A stretch of DNA of 64,000 nt, taken from positions 4,228-68,227 of the forward strand of contig LCAH01000003.1 of the NCBI GenBank assembly GCA_000996355.1. Reading direction: 5' to 3'. Source of the stretch: Candidatus Uhrbacteria bacterium GW2011_GWC2_41_11 (GTDB taxonomy: Bacteria; Patescibacteriota; Patescibacteriia; UBA9934; GWF2-40-263). Below are positions 9,544-21,334 of the stretch, piece after piece (position 1 is the stretch's first letter; each line of letters opens with the position of its first letter). Position numbers and translations under genes: made by a program. The notes under the pieces are model-generated. The model saw only the letters and a program-made list of their open reading frames with translations. It had not been told where the DNA came from and made no database searches.

Positions 9544-9619
9544 TGGTGACCCCACCGGGAATCGAACCCGGATTACAGGCTTGAAAAGCCCGTGTCCTAA
9601 CCGTTAGACGATGGGGCCA
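9544..9619 (-). tRNA. tRNA-Glu (anticodon UUC), CCA encoded
   Basis: Reverse complement tggccccatcgtctaacggttaggacacgggcttTTCaagcctg...gggtcacca. The D-arm is Glu-typical. Confidence 0.85.
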
Positions 9620-9797
9620 GATGATAAATGGCAGGCGAATGATAGAAAAAAATGTCTGAGTCGTCAAGTGACAAAGATGAAACAAAAATGAGAAAAAAGA
9701 ATGGATTCACATCCTGGCGCACATTTAGCATTTTGCGTTACAATGAAGTATCGGATTACTTTCCCGATTTTTTCAGAAAACGGGAAGATCTCATTCT

Positions 9798-10481
9798 TTG
9801 TCTATGCATGAATTTTTTCCCCTTCTTCTTTCTTCCTTCTTCTTTCTCTTTTGGGGTATTCTTTTCCTCTATTCAAAACAAACACGAAAAGAACAACTCT
9901 TCATGAGTTTCCTTGGTCTTCTTCTTTCTCCAGCCCTTCTCTTAACATCGATCAAAATTCAACCACCACAAACAATTCTCCCTGTTGTAGGTCTTACAGA
10001 ATTTCTTTTTCTCTTTGCTTTTTGTGGAGTTGCTGCTGTTATTTATCAAGTCATCATTGGTAATCGACTTGTTTTCATACACCGAAAACGATTGATTCTT
10101 CCATCTCGAATGATTCATTGGATTTCTCATCTCATTATTCTTCTTGGTATTTGGATCATTATTTCCCTTGTCATTCTGCTTCTTTTTCCTTTAAATTTTT
10201 CAAACGCATTCCTGATCGCAACTCTTTTCATTGGGATATATATCATTGCTGATCGTCATGATCTCCTTTTAGATGCTCTTGTTTCTGGTGTTTTTCTCAG
10301 TCTTCTTGTTTTTGCCCTTGAATATGTTTTCCGTGCTCTCTTATTTTCCACCTCAACAGAAATAACAATCGATAATTTATTGAATCCAATCGCATCAAAT
10401 AACATTCTTTGGGTCGGAATCGTTGGTTTTACCATTGGTCCCCTTTACGAATACGTTAAACATCTCCGTTTTAAAGTATAG
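9798..10481 (+). CDS. hypothetical polytopic membrane protein
   Basis: 227 aa with ~6 hydrophobic segments and no recognisable motif. The start is uncertain. Confidence 0.35.
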   Translation: MSMHEFFPLLLSSFFFLFWGILFLYSKQTRKEQLFMSFLGLLLSPALLLTSIKIQPPQTILPVVGLTEFLFLFAFCGVAAVIYQVIIGNRLVFIHRKRLILPSRMIHWISHLIILLGIWIIISLVILLLFPLNFSNAFLIATLFIGIYIIADRHDLLLDALVSGVFLSLLVFALEYVFRALLFSTSTEITIDNLLNPIASNNILWVGIVGFTIGPLYEYVKHLRFKV

Positions 10482-10497
10482 ATTCTCCCCTTGCTGT

Positions 10498-10878
10498 ATG
10501 GAAGAACAACAATCCTTTTCCGAATGTCCTTCGTGTATACCCGAACATGAAGGACAACTTTCCGTTGATATTCTGGAAGATGATCAAGCTCTTTATATTC
10601 GTTCAGCTGTCGCAGGAACACGCACGGAAGATTTAGATATTGCCATAACCTATGACACAATAACTATTCGAGGGAAACGACAACATTCCCTCCCAAAAAA
10701 TACACATACTATCATTCATCTCCAAGAATGCTATTGGGGAGAATATTCCCGTTCTGTTGTCCTCCCAAGTCATATTCAACCTGATAAAGCAGAGGCAAAC
10801 ATCCAAAATGGGATCTTGACAATCACCCTTCCAAAAGCTGAAATAACTGAACATCTTTCCATTCTTGAAATCGAATAA
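10498..10878 (+). CDS. Hsp20/alpha-crystallin small heat-shock protein
   Basis: Alpha-crystallin domain features (DILEDDQALYIRSAVAGTRTEDLDI...GILTITLPK). ATG at 10498. Confidence 0.8.
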   Translation: MEEQQSFSECPSCIPEHEGQLSVDILEDDQALYIRSAVAGTRTEDLDIAITYDTITIRGKRQHSLPKNTHTIIHLQECYWGEYSRSVVLPSHIQPDKAEANIQNGILTITLPKAEITEHLSILEIE

Positions 10879-10881
10879 AAT

Positions 10882-11112
10882 ATGTCTGAACTACCCCATA
10901 CAGTTAGTGCACATGTAAGAATAATTGAAAAAGAACGTATTACTCTCGAAATCGTGGATGGCCAGACTCTTCTATGGCCAACTCACCTTCTTCCGGAATC
11001 CATAAAAATTGGCGATCAAGTTCATCTTCTTCTTCTTGCAAAAGAAGACATTCAATCAGAACGTGAACGTCTGGCAAAATACGTCTTAAACGAAATGTTA
11101 AAAGGCAGTTAG
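10882..11112 (+). CDS. small conserved-looking hypothetical protein, co-transcribed with hsp20
   Basis: 76 aa. Starts 4 nt after the hsp20 stop. Confidence 0.35.
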   Translation: MSELPHTVSAHVRIIEKERITLEIVDGQTLLWPTHLLPESIKIGDQVHLLLLAKEDIQSERERLAKYVLNEMLKGS

Positions 11113-11130
11113 CAAAATTAACTTCTTCAT

Positions 11131-13101
11131 ATGAAATTTGGGCTTTTCCCAAAATGGATGCAATCTTCCCGTATGCTTCCTGCAGGAAATTTTTTTTTGT
11201 TCCGTTATTTTGCTATTGGAGCAGGCGTAGTTCTTGTTCTGTTTGGTATCGGAACAACAAGCGCATATGTGTGGGCTCAATCTTATGAAGGACGTATTGC
11301 TCCAAATGTAGAGATGGCAGGATTTGCTTTTGGAGGCATGGATCCGGAAATGGCACGTCAAAAACTTCAACAAACCGCTGATCATTTTCTGAATCAAGGA
11401 CTAGATATCGTGGTAAATGGAGAAAGAAAAAATGTTTCTCTCACAACAGTCGGAACAACTGAATCAGATACGGTTACGGACATGGTTGATTTCGATATTT
11501 CCACAGCCGTAGATAAACTCATGCACGCCAATCGAGATCAAAATATTTGGCCAGATTTTTTCTCTCTTGCCGGTTCACTCTTTCAAAAAACTTCTATTCC
11601 TCTGCCTATTTCTTTTCAAAAAGACACCTTTTCTCAAGCGGTACGCGACCTATTTCCAGATGAAGAAATTCCAGCAAAAAATGCAGGATTTCTTTTTCAG
11701 AAAGATGAAACAGAATGGACGATCTCTCTTTCTCATTCTACGAAAGGAACAGAGTTTATTTTTGATACAAACTTCTTTTCACAATTACAAAATCAATTTG
11801 AACATCTGAATGCTCAACCAATTGAAATTTTAGAACAACACACATTTCCATCTATTCAAGAATCAGATGTAGAACCGCTTTTTTTTGCGGCAAAATCTGC
11901 TGTAAATCAAGCTCCTTATACTCTTCTTTATCAAGAAAATAGTTTTTCTCAGCCAAAAACATGGATATTCACTCCGGAACTTCTCGCAGAAACACTCGAG
12001 CCATCACATGAATCAAATGGAACGGTTATCCTTAGCCTTTCTTTAGACCATTTGTCTTCTTTTTTTGAACCCATTATTAAAGAGATTGAAAAACAACCTA
12101 CTGATGCACGTTTTACAATCGAAAATGGAAAAGTTGTCGAATTTCAAAAAAGTGTTTCTGGCATTAAGGTTGATAAACAAGCAACTGTTCAACAAATGAT
12201 TTCCATGTTTCATACAGAAGAAAAACAAACATCTATTGTTGTTATAAAGATAGAGCCGGAAATGACAGTAGATAATGCAAATCACTTAGGAATCAAAGAA
12301 ATTCTCGGAGTGGGAACATCGAACTATAAAGGAAGCCCGACAAATCGAATCAAAAACATTCGAAATGGTGTTCGTCTCCTCAATGGTATTCTGATTAAAC
12401 CAAACGAAGAATTTTCTCTTCTTGCTGCCTTGCGACCGATTGAAATAGAAAACGGTTATTATCCAGAAATGGTTATTAAAGGAAATAAAATTATTCCTGA
12501 AGTGGGTGGTGGTCTCTGTCAAATTGGAACGACAACTTTCCGTGCAGCCATGCTTTCCGGACTCCCTATTCTTGAGCGTCAAAATCATTCACTCCTCGTA
12601 CGATATTACAATGATCCCCAAAATGGAAAACCTGGTTCTGATGCAACCATTTATGATCCGGCTCCAGATCTGCGTTTTTTTAATGACACAGAAAATACCA
12701 TTCTTTTTCAAGCCGAAATGAATGAAGAAACTCAAGATATTTTCTTTACTTTTTGGGGAATGAGCGATGGCAGGAAAGGTTCTTATACACCACCGGAAGT
12801 TCTTCGATCATTTCCTGCGGGAGAACCAAAAATGATTGAAACAGATACTCTCCCTCCGGGGAAAGAAGAATGTAAATCTGCCTTTTCAGGCGCAGATACT
12901 TCGTTTGTCTACACGATTGAACGACCGAATGGAACCAAAGATGAACAAATATTTACCTCTCATTATCGATCAATGCCGAAAATGTGTCTTGTGGGAAAAA
13001 TGCCTGTAGAAGAATCAACTCCGGAAAATGAAATAGATCCTTCCATTGAAATCACAAATACACAGGTTCCGGAAGATTCACACACAAAAACAGACGGATA
13101 A
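11131..13101 (+). CDS. VanW-family protein with N-terminal TM anchor
   Basis: 656 aa. VanW-domain region (EVGGGLCQIGTTTFRAAMLSGL) preceded by a membrane anchor and a linker. Confidence 0.7.
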   Translation: MKFGLFPKWMQSSRMLPAGNFFLFRYFAIGAGVVLVLFGIGTTSAYVWAQSYEGRIAPNVEMAGFAFGGMDPEMARQKLQQTADHFLNQGLDIVVNGERKNVSLTTVGTTESDTVTDMVDFDISTAVDKLMHANRDQNIWPDFFSLAGSLFQKTSIPLPISFQKDTFSQAVRDLFPDEEIPAKNAGFLFQKDETEWTISLSHSTKGTEFIFDTNFFSQLQNQFEHLNAQPIEILEQHTFPSIQESDVEPLFFAAKSAVNQAPYTLLYQENSFSQPKTWIFTPELLAETLEPSHESNGTVILSLSLDHLSSFFEPIIKEIEKQPTDARFTIENGKVVEFQKSVSGIKVDKQATVQQMISMFHTEEKQTSIVVIKIEPEMTVDNANHLGIKEILGVGTSNYKGSPTNRIKNIRNGVRLLNGILIKPNEEFSLLAALRPIEIENGYYPEMVIKGNKIIPEVGGGLCQIGTTTFRAAMLSGLPILERQNHSLLVRYYNDPQNGKPGSDATIYDPAPDLRFFNDTENTILFQAEMNEETQDIFFTFWGMSDGRKGSYTPPEVLRSFPAGEPKMIETDTLPPGKEECKSAFSGADTSFVYTIERPNGTKDEQIFTSHYRSMPKMCLVGKMPVEESTPENEIDPSIEITNTQVPEDSHTKTDG

Positions 13102-13184
13102 AATTCGTCTGTTTTATTATCCACAGAAACGCTCTTGCATGAACGCATAAACGCGTTAAGATTCAAAAAGAAGGAAATAAAAAA

Positions 13185-13301
13185 GTCGTCGCAAATCAAC
13201 TGCAGGCAAGAAGTTTCAACGAAGGAGTGTTCGAGTCGAAACCCGAATCATCCACCCTTGAAACCCCATGCTTGTCGTGCCTGCAGATGATTGACGACGA
13301 C
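13185..13301. repeat. long inverted repeat (24-nt arms, 22/24 match) enclosing ~69 nt; MITE-like or structured RNA
   Basis: gtcgtcgcaaatcaactgcaggca ... tgcctgcagatgattgacgacgac, between convergent vanW and clpP. Confidence 0.5.
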
Positions 13302-13475
13302 GGGATAAAAATCTGTCCTTATTACTGGACAGATTTTTTACATCTTTTTTACAATGAACGGGGTATTATATATTTAGAAAGAATATTTGTCAAGAGTCTA
13401 AATGTCTTTGAAAAATATTATACTATTTTTCTTTTTATTTTAGCCAAATTTTTTCATTCTTTCCATCGGGAACCA

Positions 13476-14123
13476 TCATACAACTGCATGAATAACTTTA
13501 TCAATCAATCCATATTTTAATGCTTCTTCTGGATCCATAAAATAATCCCGATCCGTATCCTTTTCTAATTTATTTTTCGGCTGACCTGTGTGTTTAGCTA
13601 AAATGTCATTCAAACGGTCTTTCATCTTAAGAATTCGTTCCGCATGAATTTTGATATCTGTGGCCTGCCCTTGGACTCCTCCTAAAACCTGGTGAATCAT
13701 CACCTCAGAATTCGGCAAGGCAAGTCGCTTGTTTTTTGCTCCAGCTGCAAGAAGTACTGCTGCCATGGAAGCAGCCATCCCAACACAAATCGTTGAAACA
13801 TCTGGTTTAACATATTGCATGGCATCATAAATAGCCAAACCTGCTGTCACAGAACCTCCTGGAGAGTTCACATACAACTTGATTTCCTTTGTTTTATCCT
13901 GACTTTCAAGAAATAAAAGCTGGGCAATAACCGTATTGGCAACTCCATCATCAATTTCCGTCCCAAGAAAAATAATACGATCTTTTAAAAGACGCGAATA
14001 AATATCATAGGCTCGTTCTCCATAATGAGTCTTTTCAATCACGGTAGGGATAAGAAATTGAGCTTGTGGAGGCATATTTTTTTGAATCATAAAAGAAAAA
14101 ACAGATCTTGCATAGTTTAACAT
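13476..14123 (-). CDS. clpP: ATP-dependent Clp protease proteolytic subunit
   Basis: Catalytic regions [28 protein letters not shown] and MIHQVLGG. Start is likely an internal Met. Confidence 0.9.
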   Translation of the reverse strand: MLNYARSVFSFMIQKNMPPQAQFLIPTVIEKTHYGERAYDIYSRLLKDRIIFLGTEIDDGVANTVIAQLLFLESQDKTKEIKLYVNSPGGSVTAGLAIYDAMQYVKPDVSTICVGMAASMAAVLLAAGAKNKRLALPNSEVMIHQVLGGVQGQATDIKIHAERILKMKDRLNDILAKHTGQPKNKLEKDTDRDYFMDPEEALKYGLIDKVIHAVV

Positions 14124-15097
14124 GTCCTATCTCGTTCAACCACGCACCAAATTCCAGTTAAAGAATGGGAAATGAGTTGCATGTGTGGAATAGTAAAACC
14201 AGCTGCTTTTATATGTCCACCGCCTCCAAACATTCGGGCAAGATTTGCGACATTACGATCAGTTGTCCGCATACTCACTTTTATGCCTCCATCCTTTGTT
14301 TCTCGCAATACAAACAACGTCTGAACATTAACAACCACATTAAGAAAATCAGAAAGACCGTCGACTTCATCGTCTGTGACACCATTTTCCTCCATATCCT
14401 TTCGTGTGAGACATGTGGAGACAAAACTAAGTCCTTCGTGTGTCCGAAGACGTTCAAGAGCCAAACCCCAGATTCGTAATGCGGCAATACTTCGATTTCG
14501 AAAGATCATTCGGATGACGTCTTGTGTTCGTGCTCCGTATAAAACGAGTTCTGAGGCAGCTTCTAATGCACGGGCATTTGTTCCATCATTGGAAAAAATC
14601 GTTGTGTCAAAAGCAATTCCACACAGAAGACAAGTTGCTGCTTCTCGACTTGGAATAATCTGATTGGTTCGAAACAATCGATAAACAACTTCACATGCGG
14701 CAGATGCTTCTTCTTCTACAAGATTCATATCTCCGTAATATGAATTTGTTTTGTGGTGATCAATATTAATTAAAAAAGGAGGACGAGGAAATCGATGAAT
14801 AATATCAGTCACATAGACAGCATCGGAACAGTCACAAGAGACTGCAAGATCAAACATCTCTTTTTCAATAAGGGAAAAATCTGAAATACAGACACTCGCT
14901 CCCGGAAGAAACTGATACTTTTCCGGTAAAGATTCAGAAACAAAAATACAAACATTTTTTTTAAGGCGTTTAAAATAATCTGCCAGAGCAAGCACTGCAC
15001 CAATAGAATCACCATCAATGCGTTTGTCAGGGATGAAAATGATGTTTTGAGCTTCGTTCAGACGATGAAAAATACGTTGACGAGAAAATGTTGGCAT
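14117..15097 (-). CDS. nrnA: DHH-family phosphoesterase (NrnA-like oligoribonuclease/pAp phosphatase)
   Basis: DHH motif (INIDHHKTN) and DHHA1 GGGGH motif. Confidence 0.7.
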   Translation of the reverse strand: MPTFSRQRIFHRLNEAQNIIFIPDKRIDGDSIGAVLALADYFKRLKKNVCIFVSESLPEKYQFLPGASVCISDFSLIEKEMFDLAVSCDCSDAVYVTDIIHRFPRPPFLINIDHHKTNSYYGDMNLVEEEASAACEVVYRLFRTNQIIPSREAATCLLCGIAFDTTIFSNDGTNARALEAASELVLYGARTQDVIRMIFRNRSIAALRIWGLALERLRTHEGLSFVSTCLTRKDMEENGVTDDEVDGLSDFLNVVVNVQTLFVLRETKDGGIKVSMRTTDRNVANLARMFGGGGHIKAAGFTIPHMQLISHSLTGIWCVVERDRTC

Positions 15098-15202
15098 ATA
15101 AAAGAGGAAAAATAATTCTAAACAGATAAAAAAATCACGTCAAGACATTATTTTTTATTCAGACTACCAGCTGAGAATAGAACCGGCTATAATAGAATCG
15201 TT

Positions 15203-17509
15203 ATGTATTTGGCAAAAATGGAAATTCAAGGATTTAAGACCTTCGCTCAAAAAACAATGCTTTTGTTTCCAGGAGCAAAGGAAAATCATCATGCGGTCAC
15301 TTGTATTGTCGGTCCTAATGGTTCAGGAAAATCAAACCTCGCAGATGCTATTCGTTGGGCATTAGGCGAGCAAAGTCTTAAACTTTTACGCGGAAGACGT
15401 TCAGAAGACGTTATTTTTTCCGGTTCTGCCGGTCGAGGCAGAGCTGGTTTTGCTGAAGTGAGCTTAACATTTCAGAATAATGATCGATCCATGCCCATTG
15501 ATTTTTCAGAAGTGGTCATGACACGTCGTCTCTATCGAGATGGAGAAAGCGCATATCTTTTAAATGGAACTCCTACTCGGCTGATAGATCTTCGTCTTCT
15601 TCTTGCTCAAGCCAACGTTGGACAACAGTCCTATTCAGTCATTGGTCAAGGAATGGTTGATCATATTCTTATTTCAAGCCCGGAAGAACGCAAAGCTTTT
15701 TTTGATGATGCAACAGGAGTCAGACCTCTTCAATTGAAACGCCACGAAACCATGTTGAAGTTGAAACGAACCTATGAAAATTTGAATGAAGTAGACATGT
15801 TGTTACGAGAAATTGAACCACGTCTGAAAAGTTTAAAACGACAAGTGAGCCGTCTGGAAAAACGTGAGGAACTTGAACAAGAACTTCATGCTTTTCAACA
15901 AGAATATTACGGTGGACTTTGGTGGCAATTACAAGATGAACTTTCTTCTGTTCGTGTACGTCATCAAGTAATCGCACAGGAAATTGGAAAAGCAACAGCA
16001 GAAATGAATGTATTTGAACAAAAAGTTGTTACTATGGAAACAGCAGAACGTGCGGAACATACTCCAGATGCTGGTCTTCTTGTTTTACAAAAAGCATATC
16101 AAGAAACACAAAAAAAACGTGTTCAACTTCGAGATGAGGAATTTGATATTCAACGTCAAATGGAACTTGCCAAAGTACGAAGTCAATCAAATTGGGCACC
16201 TCTTCCTCTTTCAAAAATTATTAGTGAAGTGGAAGAACTCACAAAAAACCAAGAAATTATTCTTGAAAAACTTCGCACAGTTAAAGTCATAGATGAGCTT
16301 CAAATGGTTGAAGAAATGGTTACACTTTCCCTTAAACGTTCAACAACACTTGTTGGAAGACTTCAGCGTCCTGCTCCAGAAGATTTTAAACCAGATCCAG
16401 CAAATCTTTCTCGGTTGGAGGCGATAAAAAAAGAACGCTCTGTCTGTGAATTTGAACTGAATCGTTTGGAACATGAATTGGAAACACACACAAAACAAGA
16501 ACATGCTCAACGAACAGAACTTTTTGATTTTCAACGTGGATTGCGCGAACAACAACGAAATTTGCATCTTCTTGAAAATCAACGCAATGAAATCCAAATT
16601 GACCTCGCACGATTAGAAGAACGTGAACACAACCTTCATAGAGAAATGGAAACGGAAATGAAAAAAGCGGCAGAACTTGTTAGAAATGTTCGGCGAGAAA
16701 AAACGACACAAGGACAAGTACTTTTTCCGGAGATTCAACGATTGCGTTATCAACTTGAATTGATTGGAGGCATTGATCCTGAAATCGTAAAAGAATATGA
16801 GGAAACAAATACTCGTTTTACTTTTCTTGAATCGCAAATAGCGGATTTGAAAAAAGCCATGCGTGCCACAGAAAAAATGATTGATGAGCTTGATGAAAAA
16901 ATTCGTACACAATCAGATGAAGCCTTTCGTCATATCAATCGAGAATTTCAACGTTTTTTCAAAATTCTTTTTGGTGGTGGTTCTTGTGATTTGGTTAAAA
17001 TGACTGCGGCAGATCTCAAAAAAGACGAAGATGAACACATTGCTTTGGATCATTCTCTTGCGGAAACCGGACAAGCCGAACGAGAACAGGAAGAAGAATC
17101 AATAGAAACATTGCGTAAAAACATGGAAAAGCGTGAGGATCGCATCATTGGAATCGATATTCAAGCCACTCCACCTGGAAAAAAACTCAAAGCCTTAAAT
17201 CTTCTTTCTGGTGGAGAACGTGCCTTAACATCTATTGCATTGATTTCTGCAATCATGGCCATTAATCCAGCTCCATTCGTTGTTTTAGATGAGGTTGATG
17301 CAGCTCTCGATGAAGCCAACACAATTCGTTTTGCTGGAATTTTGGATGAATTGTGTAAATTAACCCAATTTATTGTCATTACCCATAATCGGGCAAGTAT
17401 GGAAAAAGCAGATGTCTTGTATGGAGTCACCATGGGAGAAGAAGGAATCAGCCATTTGCTTTCTATTAAACTAGCAGAAATTCAACATCTTGGAACAGCT
17501 CGACATTGA
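15203..17509 (+). CDS. smc: SMC-family chromosome segregation ATPase, unusually short (768 aa), hinge not recognisable
   Basis: N-terminus GPNGSGKSNLADAIRWALGEQS and C-terminus LSGGERALTSIALISAIMAINPAPFVVLDEVDAALD are SMC-type. The central region is coiled-coil only, with no GRxTFLPL-type hinge. Confidence 0.75.
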   Translation: MYLAKMEIQGFKTFAQKTMLLFPGAKENHHAVTCIVGPNGSGKSNLADAIRWALGEQSLKLLRGRRSEDVIFSGSAGRGRAGFAEVSLTFQNNDRSMPIDFSEVVMTRRLYRDGESAYLLNGTPTRLIDLRLLLAQANVGQQSYSVIGQGMVDHILISSPEERKAFFDDATGVRPLQLKRHETMLKLKRTYENLNEVDMLLREIEPRLKSLKRQVSRLEKREELEQELHAFQQEYYGGLWWQLQDELSSVRVRHQVIAQEIGKATAEMNVFEQKVVTMETAERAEHTPDAGLLVLQKAYQETQKKRVQLRDEEFDIQRQMELAKVRSQSNWAPLPLSKIISEVEELTKNQEIILEKLRTVKVIDELQMVEEMVTLSLKRSTTLVGRLQRPAPEDFKPDPANLSRLEAIKKERSVCEFELNRLEHELETHTKQEHAQRTELFDFQRGLREQQRNLHLLENQRNEIQIDLARLEEREHNLHREMETEMKKAAELVRNVRREKTTQGQVLFPEIQRLRYQLELIGGIDPEIVKEYEETNTRFTFLESQIADLKKAMRATEKMIDELDEKIRTQSDEAFRHINREFQRFFKILFGGGSCDLVKMTAADLKKDEDEHIALDHSLAETGQAEREQEEESIETLRKNMEKREDRIIGIDIQATPPGKKLKALNLLSGGERALTSIALISAIMAINPAPFVVLDEVDAALDEANTIRFAGILDELCKLTQFIVITHNRASMEKADVLYGVTMGEEGISHLLSIKLAEIQHLGTARH

Positions 17510-17609
17510 CGAAATAGACGTTATTCTCTACACTTCCGTCAACCGTCAACCGTGCTCAAGGTATGACTCTATCATGCGACTGTAATATCTGTAATATCAA
17601 TTCTTTTAT

Positions 17610-17924
17610 ATGCTTAGTATTCGCATGACACGTGTCGGAAAAAAAGGACAACCGACATTTCGTGTCATTTTGACTGACAAACGGAAAGATCCATGGGGAA
17701 AAGCCATTGAAATTCTCGGACATCGTAATCCACGCACAAAAGAAACTGTTCTCAATGCAGAACGTATCAAACACTGGCTTGGAAAAGGAGCTCAGGCAAC
17801 AGATACGGTATGGAATTTTCTTCTTGACCAAAAACTTGTTGAAGGCAAGAAACGTGGAGTCACACACTTGTCTAAAAAACGACAAGAAAAAATTGCAACA
17901 AAACAAAGTGAAACAAAAGTATAA
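17610..17924 (+). CDS. rpsP: 30S ribosomal protein S16
   Basis: MLSIRMTRVGKKGQPTFRVIL... has an S16-like N-terminus. 104 aa. Confidence 0.8.
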   Translation: MLSIRMTRVGKKGQPTFRVILTDKRKDPWGKAIEILGHRNPRTKETVLNAERIKHWLGKGAQATDTVWNFLLDQKLVEGKKRGVTHLSKKRQEKIATKQSETKV

Positions 17925-17925
17925 A

Positions 17926-17960
17926 AAAATATCCGTCGTTTACGACGGATATTTTTTTTG
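17926..17960. terminator. bidirectional terminator between convergent rpsP and trmD
   Basis: aaaaatatccgtcgtttacgacggatatttttttt. Confidence 0.7.
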
Positions 17961-18608
17961 TTTCTCACGCCAGGTTTCAATTTCTTTATGATTTCCAGAA
18001 AGGAGGACAGGAGGAACCTTCCAACCTCGATACTGTTCTGGTTTTGTATACTGTGGATACTCCAAACACCCATTTTGCGTATGAGATTCCATTGTTAAAG
18101 ATTCTTTTTTTCCCAATACACCGGGAACAAGTCGAGCAATGGCGTCCAACATAACGAGTGCTGGTAATTCTCCTCCAGTTAAAACATACGAACCAATGGA
18201 AAGAGATTCATCTGCAATATATTCTTCCACACGCGCATCTACTCCTTCATATCGTCCGCATAAAAAAATAATTTGATCGTATTGAGCCAACCGTTTTGCA
18301 TCTTGTTCTGTAAAAAAAGAACCACTGGCTGAAGTAAGAATAATGCGAGTCTTTTTTCCTTTTAATCGAATGGACTGTACTGCTTGATCAAATGGTTCAA
18401 CTTTCATCACCATTCCAGGACCGCCACCATACGGGGTGTCGTCCACTGTTCGGTGTCGATCAAATGTCCATGTACGCAAATCATGCGCTCGTGTCTGAAT
18501 CAACCCTTTTATTTTGGCACGACCTAAAATGGAAATATCTGTATAGGCATTGATAACCTCTGGAAAAATTGTAACCACGTCAAATAGTCTTTTTTTTGTT
18601 CTTGGCAT
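17940..18608 (-). CDS. trmD: tRNA (guanine37-N1)-methyltransferase
   Basis: TrmD motifs LSGNHKEIETWR, GGELPALVMLDAIARL and CGRYEGVD. ATG at 18608 (MPRTKKRLFDVVTIF). Confidence 0.85.
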   Translation of the reverse strand: MPRTKKRLFDVVTIFPEVINAYTDISILGRAKIKGLIQTRAHDLRTWTFDRHRTVDDTPYGGGPGMVMKVEPFDQAVQSIRLKGKKTRIILTSASGSFFTEQDAKRLAQYDQIIFLCGRYEGVDARVEEYIADESLSIGSYVLTGGELPALVMLDAIARLVPGVLGKKESLTMESHTQNGCLEYPQYTKPEQYRGWKVPPVLLSGNHKEIETWREKQKKYPS

Positions 18609-18711
18609 AAAAAAATTTCTATTGTGCGGTTTTACCACAGATTCAATAAGAAGGAAATTTCCTTCTACCAAAAAATCGTAGCCATTAAGACTACGATTTT
18701 TTGTTTTTCAT

Positions 18712-19032
18712 TTAGATCCCGAGGTCATCAACGGTCGTCTCGGCCTCTTCTGTAGAAGCTTCCGCGCTGCGCATGCGGCGGGAACCCTCTGGTTCGTAGA
18801 TCTTCAGATTAACGCGAGCGTTCTTTTTCGCTCCGACAATCTTCAGAAGTGTTCGGAGGGCGCGGGCCGTCTGACCCTGACGTCCAATGACATATCCCAT
18901 ATCCTCTGCATTGATGAAGAGGGTAATGAGAACGCCACGTTCGTCTACTGTACGCTCTGTGCGGACGTCATCAGGATGATTGACAATCGCGCGGACAACG
19001 TACTCAACGAACTCCTGGTCGATCTCTGCCAT
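18712..19032 (-). CDS. KH-domain RNA-binding protein (KhpA/YlqC-like) with acidic C-terminal extension
   Basis: GxxG KH motif VIGRQGQTARALRTLL. The gene is distinctly GC-rich relative to neighbouring trmD. Confidence 0.65.
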   Translation of the reverse strand: MAEIDQEFVEYVVRAIVNHPDDVRTERTVDERGVLITLFINAEDMGYVIGRQGQTARALRTLLKIVGAKKNARVNLKIYEPEGSRRMRSAEASTEEAETTVDDLGI

Positions 19033-19257
19033 AACAACAAGTCATCTTTATAAATAGGTGCTGTTAGTTGCCGCCTGCCGACCTGGTTCGCACGTAATTG
19101 TGCACAGACGGAAATACACTAACAAATAAAATGATACCATCTTTTTTTCCTTTTTGTCAATCTTCTTTTTTGATCTATCCTCGTCTTTATCACTTTTAAA
19201 AAATTCCATAAAAAAAATCAATGAATAAAGCAAAAAGATAAAGAATATCTCGCACGC

Positions 19258-19287
19258 TTGACACGTTTTTTATGGTTGGTATAGAAT
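19258..19287 (+). promoter_or_regulatory. sigma70-type promoter for the 16S rRNA transcript
   Basis: TTGACA, a 16-17 nt spacer, then TATAGAAT, about 210 nt upstream of mature 16S. Confidence 0.55.
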
Positions 19288-19498
19288 GCCCGCGCGTTCA
19301 TATAAGTCTTCCAACAATTTGGAGCTTGTATGACAGCTGTTCGTTCACAACTAAATAAGGACTTAAATGACGAACACAATTGTCAGTTGTGCGATTGTAA
19401 CGTCTATTCTTCGAACAACCAATAAACGGTACTCAAAAAAACAATAGAGAGCCTAAATTCACAGAGTTTTATTCTTTCGTAAGAAAGAATAAAATTAT

Positions 19499-21000
<1,502 letters not shown>

Positions 21001-21240
21001 AGGGACATTGAGAAGTTTATCTTCTCCATTCTCGGTCGAGATGAGCCTCTTCGGAGACTAATCATTGTTACGAAGACGACGTTGCAATCGCACAACATGA
21101 CAAAATCGAAAAACTCCTCTGATTCGGGGAGTTTTTCTTTATCCAAATACTTGCCTTCTTTAAGAGAAATTGATACACTCATTGCACAAAAAATGGTTGA
21201 CCTCCCTCAATTTGAACACGTGGAAGGTCTAAAATTTTAC

Positions 21241-21317
21241 GGGCGTGTAGCTCAGGTGGTTAGAGCGCAACACTGATAATGTTGAGGTCCCTGGTTCGAG
21301 TCCAGGCACGCCCACCA
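21241..21317 (+). tRNA. tRNA-Ile (anticodon GAU), CCA encoded
   Basis: gggcgtgtagctcaggtggttagagcgcaacactGATaatgttgaggtccctggttcgagtccaggcacgcccacca. Confidence 0.9.
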
Positions 21318-21334
21318 CGAAACCAATAAATTTT

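Noticed and set aside
9266-9685. 139-aa ORF overlapping tRNA-Glu
   Set aside because: Overlaps a confidently identified tRNA on the same strand. No coding features.
13227-13520. 97-aa ORF on plus strand
   Set aside because: Spans the inverted-repeat element and runs antisense into the clpP 3' end. Low complexity.
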